Made by a program: the position numbers and the translations under genes
The notes under the pieces: model-generated
What the model was told of the DNA's origin: nothing
The model's database searches: none
Seen by the model: the letters and a program-made list of their open reading frames with translations, nothing else
Assembly: GCF_963921235.1 (NCBI RefSeq)
Contig: NC_086097.1
Span: 98,644,001-98,708,000 of the forward strand
Origin: Mobula hypostoma
Taxonomy: Eukaryota
Length of the DNA: 64,000 nt
Reading direction: 5' to 3'
Shown: in pieces, positions 25,701-39,668 of the stretch
Layout: each line of letters starts with the position of its first letter
Position numbering within the stretch: the first letter of the stretch is position 1

Positions 25701-28700
25701 TAACCTACGACAACTTTGTACTTTCCACAACTCCACCCAATCTTCATGTCATCTGCAGACTTACTGACCCAGCCTTCCGCTTTCTTATCCAAGTCACTTA
25801 TATAAAAAAATAATAAATAACAAAGAGCAGGCATCCCAGAACAGATCTCTGTGGAACATCACTGGTCACCATCCTCAAGGAAGAACCTGCTCCATTTTCA
25901 ACCACCCTTCCCTTTCTTTGGGCGAGGAAATTCACTCATCCAAGTTTCCCTGTATTCCATCCCTCCTGACTTTGAGTGAGCCTACCTTGAGGAACCCTTG
26001 TCTAATGTTTACTAAAATCAATATACACCACACCTTCTGCTCTGCCTTCATTGATACATTTGTCACTTCTTCAAAGAATTCTGTTAGGCTCACCAGACCT
26101 GACCTGCTCCATACAAAGTCACAATGACTGTCCCTATTCAGACGATCTTCTCCAAATGCTCCTAACTCCTGCCTCTAAGGATCCTCTCCAGTAGTTTACC
26201 CACCATTGACACTAGACTCATTGGTCTACAATTCCAGGATTATCCCTATTACCTTTTGTGAACAACGGACTATCATTTGCCACCCTCCACTGCTTCAGCA
26301 TTACTACTGAGCGCGTGAGGACAAAAAGATCACCGTCAAAAGTGCAGCAATCCTTTCCCTCACTTCCCATAGTAACCTATCTTGTCCAGCCCCGAGGACT
26401 TACCTATCCAAATGCTTTTCAGAAGTTCCAGCACATCCTCTTTCTTAACTTCCAATGTTTCAGTATACCAGCCAGTTCTATGCTGACCTTACATTCGTCA
26501 AGATTCCTCTCACCGGTCAATTCTGAGGCAAAGTATTCGTTAAGGACCTCCCCTAACTCTTCCAGCTTCAGACACATAGTTCCTCTTATCCCTGATCGGT
26601 CCTACCCTCACTCTAGTCATCCTCCTGTTCTTCACATATATGTGGAACACCTTGGGATTTTCCTTAATCCTAGTTGTCAAAGCCTTCTCATGCCACATCC
26701 AAGCTCTCCCAAGTCCATTCTTCAGCTCCTTAGTGCCCTGTCTGATCCTTGCTGCCTAAAAAAAGTAACCTTCTTTCTTCCTCTTGACTAGATGTTCCAC
26801 ATCTCTTGTTCCTTCACCCTACCATCCTTTCCCTGCCTCAATGGGACAAACCTATTCAGAATCCTTGCAAGTGCCCCTTAACTAATCTCCATATTTCTGT
26901 AGTGTATTTCCCCGAATACATCTATTGCTAATTTACAATCCCAAGCTCCTGCCTAATAGTTCACCCTCACCCATTTTCCAATATCGTCTGCCCCTATTTC
27001 TGTCCAATGCTTTAGTAAAGATCAGGGAGTTGTGGTCATTGTCTCCAAAGTGTTCTCCCACTGAGAGATCTGACACCTGATCTGGTTCACTGCCTAATAC
27101 CAGCTCCAGTCGGGCCTCTCCTCTAGTCAGTCTGTCTACATGCTGTGTCAGGAATCCTTCCTGGATGCACCTGACAAATTCTGCCTTATCTACACATTTG
27201 CACCAAGGAGGTAGCAAACAATGAGGGAAGTTGAAGCAACACACAAAATGCTGGAGGAACTCAGCAGCCAGCCAGCATCTATGGAAAAGAGTAAACAGTC
27301 GACATTTTGGGCAGAGATCCTTCAGCAGGAGTTGAATTCGTCATGAAAAAAGCCCTCTCACTTTTGCATATGCCTCCTGATCTGCACCTTAGTGTCCCTG
27401 TGGCTAAGGGAAAGGTGGGGTCTATAGAATTCTCCCAATAAAATGATTGCTGTCTTCCCATTTCTTACTCCCACCCTCACTAACACAGCAGACAATCTCT
27501 CCAGGACTGTGCCTCACAAATCTTACCGACTTTTTTCTTGAAGAAGTAAGAAAGAAGATTGAAGGGAGCGGCGAGGTGGGTGTTGTGGACATGAACTTTA
27601 CCATGGCCTTTTACAATGTCTCTCATGGTTGGATAGTTCAGAAGCTTAGTTCACATGGGATCCTGGGTGAGCTAGCCAATTTAATAATAATAATAACTAT
27701 TTAAGAGCACTTTTCATACAAATGATGTATTTCAAAGAGCTTTACAATGGGATAAAGTGCACACATGAAATAAAAGACAAAATGATGTTAGTTAAAAGCA
27801 AGATAAAATAAATCGGTTCTGAGCTAGTGTTTAAAAGTGTCAACTGAGTCTGCATCCCTTATAGTTTTAATTAGCTCGGCAGAAGGAGTCAGAGGAGGCA
27901 TGTGACCAGTGATATGCTACTGTTGTTGTTGTTGTTAACGATTTAGATGACAAGTTGGAGAATTGATGGTGTAGTGAACAGTGAAAGAAGTTTGTCTAAG
28001 ATTATAACAGGACCTGAATGAACTGGCAGATGAAATTTAATTCTGATAAGTACAAGGTGTTGCACCTTAGCAAGTTCAACCAAGCCTTGTACATTAAATG
28101 CTAAGGCCCTGGACAGTGTTGTAGAACAGAGACTTAGGGGTATACTACATAGCTTCCTGAAAGTGAAAACAGGTAGACAGGCTGGTATAGATACCACTTG
28201 CCACACACACCCTCATCAGTCAGAGCTCTGAATACAAGCATTTGAATGCCACATTACAGCGGCCCATGTTGTTGGTGACACTGCATTTAGAGTGTTGTCA
28301 GGTCTGTTAGAGTGTTGTCCAGCTACGGGAAGGATGTCATTAAACTGGAAAGGGTGCAGAAAAGATTCACGAGGATGCTACCAGGACTGGAAGGCTTGAG
28401 CTGGATATGTGAGGGCCGTTTTCTTGGAGTGAAGAGAACTGCAGGGTAAATACAGTAATGAATGGAGTAGATAAGAGGGTAGTCACAGTCTTTTATCCAG
28501 TGTTGGAGAGTCTAAAGCTAAAGGCTTAATGTGAGTGGGAAAAGATTTACGAGGGACCTGAGGGGCATTTTAAAAAAATGAGGTGTGGTAGGTGCTTAGA
28601 TCCTTATGAAGGATCTCTGCCTGAACTGTTGATGATTTACTTCCCTCTGTAGATGCTGCCTGACCTGCTGAGTTTCTGCAGCATTTTGTATATGTTTCTC

Positions 28701-28880
28701 TGGGTATTTGGATCTAGCTGCTGAGAAAGTGGAGGTGGTGCTAAAAAGGCATTTGGACAGGTACATGGATGGGAAAGATTTAGAAGGATATGGGTGGAGC
28801 ACAGGCAGACACTAGCTGAGAAAGACACCTTAGTCACTATAAGTGAGTTGGGTTGACAGGCGTGTTTCACGAGTCTATTA
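22800..28880. mobile_element. Mosaic of decayed CR1 fragments: plus-strand copy about 23770-28880 interrupted by a minus-strand CR1 (about 24895-27240), a Penelope-like remnant (about 27240-27330) and other short inserts
   Basis: CR1 motifs FVRCIQEGFLTQHVD (-), CLTNLTDFFLEEV and VDMNFTMAF (+). The plus-strand RT resumes at about 27505. Confidence 0.7.
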
Positions 28881-29049
28881 GCAGTGCCACCCCTCCCACA
28901 GCGCAGCACTCCCTCTCCAATGGCAATCCAACGTGTGGCAAATCCTTAGTACAGCACGTCCGTGCTGTGGAGCTCCTTCACTGCTGTTCCTTCCACCATC
29001 TGCTGATCCCTCACTATCTTCTCATAGTGAGACCATCCATCAGTATTGT

Positions 29050-32000
29050 CCAATACACAATGCAGTACTCCCCAGTGACGCTGTACCCTCACACAATACA
29101 GTACTCCCCAGTGACACTGTACCCTCACACAATGCAGTACTCCCCAGTGATACTGTACCCTCACACAATGCAGTACTCCCCAGTGACGCTGTACCCTCAC
29201 ACAATACAGTACTCCCCAGTGACACTGTACCCTCACACAATGCAGTACTCCCCAGTGATACTGTACCCTCACACAATGCAGTACTCCCCAGTGACACTGT
29301 ACCCTCACACAATGCAGTACTCCCCAGTGACACTGTACCCTGACACAATGCAGTACTCCCCAGTGACACTGTACCCTGACACAATACAGTACTCCCCAGT
29401 GACACTGTACCCTGACACAATGCAGTACTCCCCAGTGACACTGTACCCTGACACAATACAGTACTCCCCAGTGACACTGTACCCTGACACAATGCAGTAC
29501 TCCCGTGACACTGTACCCTCACACAATACAGTACTCCCCAGTGACGCTGTACCCTCACACAATACAGTACTCCCCAGTGACACTGTACCCTCACACAATG
29601 CAGTACTCCCCAGTGACGCTGTACCCTCACACAATGCAGTACTCCCCAGTGACACTGTACCCTCACACAATGCAGTACTCCCCAGTGACACTGTACTCTC
29701 ACACAATGCAGTACTCCCCAGTGACACTGTACCCTCACACAATACAGTACTCCCCAGTGACACTGTACCCTGACACAATACAGTACTCCCCAGTGACACT
29801 GTACCCTCACACAATGCAGTACTCCCCAGTGACACTGTACCCTGACACAATGCAGTACTCCCCAGTGACACTGTACCCCCACACAATACAGTACTCCCCA
29901 GTGACACTGTACCCTCACACAATGCAGTACTCCCCAGTGACACTGTACCCTCACACAATACAGTACTCCCCAGTGACACTGTACCCTCACACAATGCAGT
30001 ACTCCCCAGTGGCACTGTACCCTCACACAATGCAGTACTCCCCAGTGACACTGTACCCTCACACAATACAGTACTCCCCAGTGACACTGTACCCTCACAC
30101 AATGCAGTACTCCCCAGTGACACTGTACCCTCACACAATACAGTATTCCAAGTGACACTGTACCCTCACACAATGCAGTACTCCCCAGTGACACTGTACC
30201 CTCACACAATACAGTACTCCCCAGTGACACTGTACCCTCACACAATGCAGTACTCCCCAGTGACACTGTACCCTCACACAATGCAGTACTCCCCAGTGAC
30301 ACTGTACCCTCACACAATACAGTACTCCCCAGTGACACTGTACCCTCACACAATGCAGTACTCCCCAGTGACACTGTACCCTCACACAATGCAGTACTCC
30401 CCAGTGACACTGTACCCTCACAAAATACAGTACTCCCCAGTGACACTGTACCCTCACACAATACAGTACTCCCCAGTGACACTGTACCCTCACACAATAC
30501 AGTACTCCCCAGTGACACTGTACCCTCACACAATACAGTACTCCCCAGTGACACTGTACCCTGACACAATGCAGTACTCCCCAGTGACACTGTACCCTGA
30601 CACAATGCAGTATTCCCCAGTGACACTGTACCCTTACACAATGCAGTACTCCCCAGTGACACTGTACCCTCACACAATGCAGTACTGAGTGACACTGTAC
30701 CCTCACACAATACAGTACTCCCCAGTGACACTGTACCCTCACACAATACAGTACTCCCCAGTGACACTGTACCCTCACACAATGCAGTACTCCCCAGTGA
30801 CACTGTACCCTCACACAATACAGTACTCCCCAGTGACACTGTACCCTCACACAATGCAGTACTCCCCAGTGACACTGTACCCTCACACAATACAGTACTC
30901 CCCAGTGACACTGTACCCTCACACAATGCAGTACTCCCCAGTGACACTGTACCCTCACACAATGCAGTACTCCCCAGTGACACTGTACCCTTACACAATG
31001 CAGTACTCCCCAGTGACACTGTACCCTCACACAATACAGTACTCCCCAGTGACACTATACCCTCACACAATGCAGTACTCCCCAGTGACACTGTACCCTC
31101 ACACAATACAGTACTCCCCAGTGACACTGTACCCTGACACAATGCAGTACTCCCCAGTGACACTGTACCCTGACACAATGCAGTACTCCCCAGTGACACT
31201 GTACCCTGACACAATGCAGTACTCCCCAGTGACACTGTACCCTCACACAATGCAGTACTGAGTGACACTGTACCCTCACACAATACAGTACTCCCCAGTG
31301 ACACTGTACCCTCACACAATACAGTACTCCCCAGTGACACTGTACCCTCACACAATGCAGTACTCCCCAGTGACACTGTACCCTCACACAATACAGTACT
31401 CCCCAGTGACACTGTACCCTCACACAATACAGTACTCCCCAGTGACACTGTACCCTCACACAATACAGTACTCCCCAGTGACACTGTACCCTCACACAAT
31501 GCAGTACTCCCCAGTGACACTGTACCCTCACACAATGCAGTACTCCCCAGTGACACTGTACCCTCACACAATGCAGTACTCCCCAGTGACACTGTACCCT
31601 TACACAATGCAGTACTCCCCAGTGACACTGTACCCTCACACAATACAGTACTCCCCAGTGACACTGTACCCTCACACAATGAAGTATTCCCAGTGACACT
31701 GTACCCTCACACAATACAGTACTCCCCAGTGACACTGTACCCTTACACAATACAGTACTCCCCAGTGACACTGTACCCTCACACAATACAGTACTCCCCA
31801 GTGACACTGTACCCTCACACAATACAGTACTCCCCAGTGACACTGTACCCTCACACAATACAGTACTCCCCAGTGGCACTGTACCCTCACACAATACAGT
31901 ACTCCCCAGTGGCACTGTACCCTTACACAATGCAGTACTCTCCAGTGGCAATGTACCCTCACACAATACAGTATTCCAAGTGACACTGTACCCTCACACA

Positions 32001-35000
32001 ATACAGTACTCCCCAGTGAAGCTGTACCATCCCACGATGCAGTACTGAGTGACACTGTACCCTCACACAATACAGTACTCCCCAGTGACACTGTACCCTC
32101 ACACAATACAGTACTCCGAGTGACACTGTACCCTCACACAATACAGTACTCCCCAGTGACACTGTACCCTCACACAATACAGTACTCCCCAGTGACACTG
32201 TACCCTTACACAATACAGTACTCCCCAGTGAAGCTGTACCATCCCACGATGCAGTACTGAGTGACACTGTACCCTCACACAATACTGTACTCCCCAGTGA
32301 TGCTGTACCCTTACACAATACAGTACTCCCCAGTGAATCTGTACCATCCCACGATGCAGTACTGAGTGACACTGTACCCTCACACAATGCAGTACTCCCC
32401 AGTGACACTGTACCCTTACACAATACAGTACTCCCCAGTGACACTGTACCCTTACACAATGCAGTACTCCCCAGTGACACTGTACCCTTACACAATACAG
32501 TACTCCCCAGTGACACTGTACCCTGACACAATGCAGTACTCCCCAGTGACACTGTACCCTGACACAATGCAGTACTCCCCAGTGACACTGTACCCTGACA
32601 CAATGCAGTACTCCCCAGTGACACTGTACCCCCACACAATACAGTACTCCCCAGTGACACTGTACCCTCACACAATGCAGTACTCCCCAGTGACACTGTA
32701 CCCTCACACAATACAGTACTCCCCAGTGACACTGTACCCTCACACAATGCAGTACTCCCCAGTGACACTGTACCCTCACACAATGCAGTACTCCCCAGTG
32801 ACACTGTACCCTCACACAATGCAGTACTCCCCAGTGACACTGTACCCTCACACAATACGGTACTCCCCAGTGACACTGTACCCTCACACAATGCGGTACT
32901 CCCCAGTGACACTGTACCCTCACACAATGCAGTACTCCCCAGTGACACTGTACCCTCACACAATACGGTACTCCCCAGTGACACTGTACCCTCACACAAT
33001 GCAGTACTCCCCAGTGACACTGTACCCTCACACAATGCAGTACTCCCCAGTGACACTGTACCCTGACACAATACAGTACTCCCCAGCGACACTGTACCCT
33101 CACACAATGCAGTACTCCCCAGTGACACTGTACCCTCACACAATACAGTACTCCAAGTGACACTGTACCCTCACACAATGCAGTACTCCCCAGTGACACT
33201 GTACCCTCACACAATGCAGTACTCCCCAGTGATACTGTACCCTCACACAATGCAGTACTCCCCAGTGACGCTGTACCCTCACACAATACAGTACTCCCCA
33301 GTGACACTGTACCCTCACACAATGCAGTACTCCCCAGTGATACTGTACCCTCACACAATGCAGTACTCCCCAGTGACACTGTACCCTCACACAATGCAGT
33401 ACTCCCCAGTGACACTGTACCCTGACACAATGCAGTACTCCCCAGTGACACTGTACCCTGACACAATACAGTACTCCCCAGTGACACTGTACCCTCACAC
33501 AATGCAGTACTCCCCTGTGACACTGTACCCCCACACAATACAGTACTCCCCAGTGACACTGTACCCTCACACAATGCAGTACTCCCCAGTGACACTGTAC
33601 CCTCACACAATGCAGTACTCCCCAGTGACACTGTACCCTCACACAATACAGTACTCCCCAGTGACACTGTACCCTCACACAATGCAGTACTCCCCAGTGA
33701 CACTGTACCCTCACACAATACAGTATTCCAAGTGACACTGTACCCTCACACAATGCAGTACTCCCCAGTGACACTGTACCCTCACACAATACAGTACTCC
33801 CCAGTGACACTGTACCCTCACACAATGCAGTACTCCCCAGTGACACTGTACCCTCACACAATGCAGTACTCCCCAGTGACACTGTACCCTCACACAATAC
33901 AGTACTCCCCAGTGACACTGTACCCTCACACAATGCAGTACTCCCCAGTGACACTGTACCCTCACACAATACAGTACTCCCCAGTGACACTGTACCCTCA
34001 CAAAATACAGTACTCCCCAGTGACACTGTACCCTCACACAATGCAGTACTCCCCAGTGACACTGTACCCTGACACAATGCAGTACTCCCCAGTGACACTG
34101 TACCCTGACACAATGCAGTACTCCCCAGTGACACTGTACCCTCACACAATACAGTACTCCCCAGTGACACTGTACCCTCACACAATGCAGTACTCCCCAG
34201 TGACACTGTACCCTCACACAATGCAGTACTCCCCAGTGACACTGTACCCTCACACAATACAGTACTCCCCAGTGACACTGTACCCTCACACAATGCAGTA
34301 CTCCCCAGTGACACTGTACCCTCACACAATGCAGTACTCCCCAGTGACACTGTACCCTTACACAATGCAGTACTCCCCAGTGACACTGTACCCTCACACA
34401 ATACAGTACTCCCCAGTGACACTATACCCTCACACAATGCAGTACTCCCCAGTGACACTGTACCCTCACACAATACAGTACTCCCCAGTGACACTGTACC
34501 CTGACACAATGCAGTACTCCCCAGTGACACTGTACCCTGACACAATGCAGTACTCCCCAGTGACACTGTACCCTTACACAATGCAGTACTCCCCAGTGAC
34601 ACTGTACCCTCACACAATGTAGTACTGAGTGACACTGTACCCTTACACAATACAGTACTCCCCAGTGACACTGTACCCTCACACAATACAGTACTCCCCA
34701 GTGACACTGTACCCTCACACAATGCAGTACTCCCCAGTGACACTGTACCCTCACACAATACAGTACTCCCCAGTGACACTGTACCCTCACACAATACAGT
34801 ACTCCCCAGTGACACTGTACCCTCACACAATACAGTACTCCCCAGTGACACTGTACCCTCACACAATACAGTACTCCCCAGTGACACTGTACCCTCACAC
34901 AATGCAGTACTCCCCAGTGACACTGTACCCTCACACAATGCAGTACTCCCCAGTGACACTGTACCCTTACACAATGCAGTACTCCCCAGTGACACTGTAC

Positions 35001-38000
35001 CCTCACACAATACAGTACTCCCCAGTGACACTGTACCCTCACACAATGCAGTACTCCCAGTGACACTGTACCCTCACACAATACAGTACTCCCCAGTGAC
35101 ACTGTACCCTTACACAATGCAGTACTCCCCAGTGACACTGTACCCTCACACAATACAGTACTCCCCAGTGACACTGTACCCTCACACAATACAGTACTCC
35201 CCAGTGACACTGTACCCTCACACAATACAGTACTCCCCAGTGGCACTGTACCCTCACACAATACAGTACTCCCCAGTGGCACTGTACCCTTACACAATGC
35301 AGTACTCTCCAGTGGCAATGTACCCTCACACAATACAGTATTCCAAGTGACACTGTACCCTCACACAATACAGTACTCCCCATTGAAGCTGTACCATCCC
35401 ACGATGCAGTACTGAGTGACACTGTACCCTCACACAATACAGTACTCCCCAGTGACACTGTACCCTCACACAATACAGTACTCCGAGTGACACTGTACCC
35501 TCACACAATACAGTACTCCCCAGTGGCACTGTACCCTCACACAATACAGTACTCCCCAGTGACACTGTACCCTTACACAATACAGTACTCCCCAGTGAAG
35601 CTGTACCATCCCACGATACAGTACTGAGTGACACTGTACCCTCACACAATACTGTACTCCCCAGTGATGCTGTACCCTTACACAATACAGTACTCCCCAG
35701 TGACACTGTACCCTCACACAATGCAGTACTGAGTGACACTGTACCCTTACACAATGCAGTACTCCCCAGTGGCACTGTACCCTCACACAATGCAGTACTC
35801 CCCAGTGACACTGTGCCCTTACACAATACAGTACTCCCCAGTGAAGCTGTACCATCCCACAATGCAGTACTGAGTGACACTGTACCCTTACACAATGCAG
35901 TACTCCCCAGTCATACTGTACCCTCACACAATACAGTACTCCCCAGTGACACTGTACCCTCACACAATACAGTACTCCCCAGTGACACTGTACCCTTACA
36001 CAATGAGTACTCCCCAGTGACACTGTACCCTCACACAATACAGTACTCCCCAGTGACACTGTACCCTTACACAATGAGTACTCCCCAGTGACACTGTACC
36101 CTCACACAATACAGTACTCCCCAGTGACACTGTACCCTCACACAATACGGTACTCCCCCAGTGACGCTGTATCTTTACACAATACAGTACTCCCCAGTGA
36201 CGCTATACCATAAGACAAAGGAGCAGAAGTCGGCCATTCGGCCCGTCAAGTCTGCTCCACCATTTTATCATGAGCTGATCCATTCTCCCATTTAGTCCCA
36301 CTCCCCCGCCTTCTCACCATAACCTTTGATGCCCTGGCTACTCAGATACCTATCATTCTCTGCCTTAAATACACCCAATGACTTGGCTTCCACTGCCACC
36401 AATGGCAACAAATTCCATAGATTCACCACCCTCTGGCTAAAAAAATTTCTTCGCATTTCTGTTCTGAATGGGCGCCCTTCAATTCTTAAGTCATGTCCTC
36501 TCGTACTAGACTCCCCCATCATGGGAAGCAACTTTGCCACATCCACTCTGTCCATGCCTTTCAACATTCGAAATGTTTCTATGAGGTCTCCCCTCATTCT
36601 TCTACACTCCAAGGAATACAGTCCAAGAGCGGACAAACGTTCCTCATATGTGAACCCTCTCATTCCCGGAATCATTCTTGTGAATCTTCTCTGTACCCTC
36701 TCCAACGTCAGCACATCTTTTCTTAAATAAGGAGACCAAAACTGCCCACAGTACTCCAAGTGAGGTCTCACCAGCGCCTTGTAGAGCCTCAACATCACAT
36801 CTCTGCTCCTATACTCTATTCCTCTAGAAATGAATGCCAACATTGCATTCGCCTTCTTCACTACTGACTCAGCCTGGAGGTTAACTTTAAGGGTATCCTG
36901 TACGAGGACTCCCAAGTCCCGTTGCATTTCAGAACTTTGAATTCTCTCCCCATTTAAATAATAGTCTGCCCATTTATTTCTTCTGCCAAAGTGCATAACC
37001 ATACACTTTCCAACATTGTATTTTATTTGCCACTTCTTTGCCCATTCTTCCAATCTATCCAAGTCCCTCTGCAGACTCTGTTTCCTCAGCACTACCGGCC
37101 CCTCCACCTATCTTCGTATCGTCAGCAAACTTAGCCACAAGGCCATCTATTCCATAATCCAAATCGTTGATGTACAACATTTAAAAAGAAGCGGCCCCAA
37201 CACGGACCCCTGTGGAACACCACTGGTAACCGGCAGCCAACCAGAATAGGATCCCTTTATTCCCACTCTCTGTTTCCTGCCAATCAGCCAATGCTCTATC
37301 CATGTATGTAACTTTCCTGTAATTCCATGGGCTCTTATCTTGTTAAGTAGCCTTATGTGTGGCACCTTGTCAAAGGCCTTCTGAAAATCCAAATATACAA
37401 CATCCACTGCATCTCCCTTGTCTAGCCTACTTGTAATTTCCTCAAAAAATTGAAATAGGTTTGTCAGGCAGGATTTTCCTTTAAGGAATCCATGCTGAGT
37501 TCTGCCTATCTTGTCATATGCCTCCAGGTACTCTGTAACCTCATCCTTGACAATCGACTCCAACAACTTCCCAACCACCGACGTCAAGCTAACAGGTCTA
37601 TAATTTCCTTTTCGCTTCCTTGCCCCCTTCTTAAATAGCGGAGTGACATTTGCAATCTTCCAGTCCTCCGGAACCATGCCAGAATCTATCGACTTTTGAA
37701 AGATCATCGCTAATGCCTCCGCAATCTCCACAGCTACTTCCTTCAGAACACGAGGGTGCATTCCATCTGGTCCAGGAGATTTATCGACCTTTAGCCTATT
37801 CAGCTTCCTGAGTACTTTCTCTGTCGTAATTGTGACTGCGCACACTTCTCTTCCCTGCCACCCTTGAGGGTCCGGTATCCTGCTGTCTTCCTCAGTGAAG
37901 ACTCATGCAAAATACTTGTTCAGTTCCTCCGCCATCTCCTTATCTCCCATTACAATTTCTCCAGCATCATTTTCTATTGGTCCTATATCTACTCTCACCT

Positions 38001-39020
38001 GTCTTTTACTCTTTATATACTTGAAAAAGCTTTTAGTATTCTCTTTGATATCATTTGCGAGCTTCCTTTCATAGTTAATCTTTTCCCACTTAATGACCTT
38101 CTTAGTTTCCTTCTGTAAGCTTTTAAAAACTTCCCAATCCTCTGTCTTCCCACTAATTTTTGCCTCCATGTATGCCCTCTCCTATGCTTTAACTTTGGCT
38201 TTGACTTCTCTTGTTAACCATAGTTGCATCGTTTTTCCATTCAAAAATTTCTTCTTTTTTGGAACATACCTGTCTTGCACATTCCTCACTTCTCACATAA
38301 ACTCCAGCCACTGCTGCTCTGCCGTCTTTCCCGCCAGTGTCTCTTACACAATACAGTACTCTGCCCTGACACTGAACGCTCACACAATACAGTACTCCCT
38401 GAGTGATACTGTACCCCCACACAATACAGTACTCCCTGAGTGATACTGTACCCTCACACAATGCAGTACTCCCCAGTGATGCTGTACCCTTACACAATAC
38501 AGTACTCCCTGGTGACACTGTACCCTTACACAATACAGTACTCTGAGTGATGCTGTACCCTTACACAATACAGTTCCCTGTGACACTGTAGCCTCACACA
38601 ATACAGTACTCTCCCAGTGACACTGTACCCTCACACAATACAGTACTCCCCAGTGACGCTGTACCCTTACACAATACAGTACTCGGTGACGCTGTACCCT
38701 TAGACAATACAGTACTCCCTGAGTGATACTGTACCCTCACACAATGCAGTACTCCCCAGTGACGCTGTACCCTTACACAATACAGTACTCGGTGACGCTG
38801 TACCCTTAGACAATACAGTACTCCCCAGTGATGCTGTACCCTCACACAATACAGTACTCCCCAGTGACACTGTACCCTTACACAATACAGTACTCCCTGA
38901 GTGATTCTGTACCCTCACACAATGCAGTACTCCCCGGTGATGCTGTACCCTTACACAATACAGTACTCCCTGAGTGACGTTGCACCCTTACACGATGCAG
39001 TATTCCCCAGTGGTGCTGTA
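29050..39020. repeat. ~10-kb tandem array of a 30-bp satellite (cacacaatRcagtactccccagtgacactgtaccct-type unit) inside intron 9, split by a CR1
   Basis: Directly visible. Occasional 27- and 29-bp variant units, with degenerate flanks at about 28880-29050 and 39000-39350. Confidence 0.98.
36210..38343 (-). mobile_element. Young 2.1-kb 5'-truncated CR1 LINE inserted in the satellite
   Basis: ORFs 37147-37845 and 36292-37107 give near-continuous RT (KSPGPDG, YLDFQKAFDKVPH, GVPQGSVLGPLLF, RPHLEYC). The satellite resumes at about 38344. Confidence 0.95.
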
Positions 39021-39668
39021 CTGCCTATCCGACAGTGCAGAGTTCCTTTAGAGTCTCCCAGCTGTGTGATGTTCCTTCAGCAATATCCCTCTCACAGGCA
39101 CAGTGGTCCCTCAGTACTGCCCCTCCCACAGGCACACCGGTCATTCAGATACTAACCCCCCCACAGAATGTCCTCCCCAACAGTGCAGAAATCCTTCAGC
39201 ACCACCCATCCACGGCTCAGTCCATCCCATTGCAGAGAACTCTCTCAATGTCGCTCAGTCAGTTCCACCCATGGGCTTCACCCTCATCCCCACCCCTCCC
39301 ACAGCGTACCGCGGAGCTGAGCTGCTTCCGCCCTGCAGTACCGTGACCCTGGCAGGATGCAGTGTGGTGGGTCAGATCGGGATGGAGGGAGGTGTACTGG
39401 AGGAGGTGAGAGAGTGGAGTGGAAGGGGAAGCTGGGAAAAGTGGACGGTGGGAGGGGGTGGCGTATGAAAGGTGAAGTGTCTGTCAAAGGGGAAAGAACT
39501 GAGAGCATAGGGTTGGGGTGGTGTCGATGTGGGGGGTGAAAGGGGGGAGGTTAGGGAGGGAGAGGAGGCTGACTGAACGAGGTGGAGGTCAGGACACAGG
39601 CCAGGCGGTGGGAGTTTAGATCCCTCGTTCCCACACCCCGACGGGGAAATACCTGCCCCCAGACCTAC

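Noticed and set aside
27240..27330. Other hammerhead-like remnants (also about 2652-2685, 28600-28630 and 45374-45411)
   Set aside because: Core nucleotides of CUGANGA or GAAA are mutated, so they are unlikely to be active.
28853..36091. Long ORFs up to 879 aa (CEGTVSLGST, YSPVTLYPHT and VRVQCHWGVL repeats)
   Set aside because: These are artefacts of a 30-bp unit that lacks stops in several frames on both strands. Frames switch at variant units, and the array is intronic.
29050..39020. CRISPR-like regular 30-bp repeats with internal palindrome
   Set aside because: Units are head-to-tail with no unique spacers, no cas genes are present, and the context is vertebrate.
29050..39020. RSS heptamer-like words (CACAATG, CACTGTA) in the satellite
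   Set aside because: No nonamer at 12/23 spacing and no V/D/J segments.
39665..39667. TAG as the normal stop of the Delta gene
   Set aside because: It overlaps a donor site, and phase-matched exons 10 and 11 with a TEV end exist downstream. It is kept only as a possible minor isoform.
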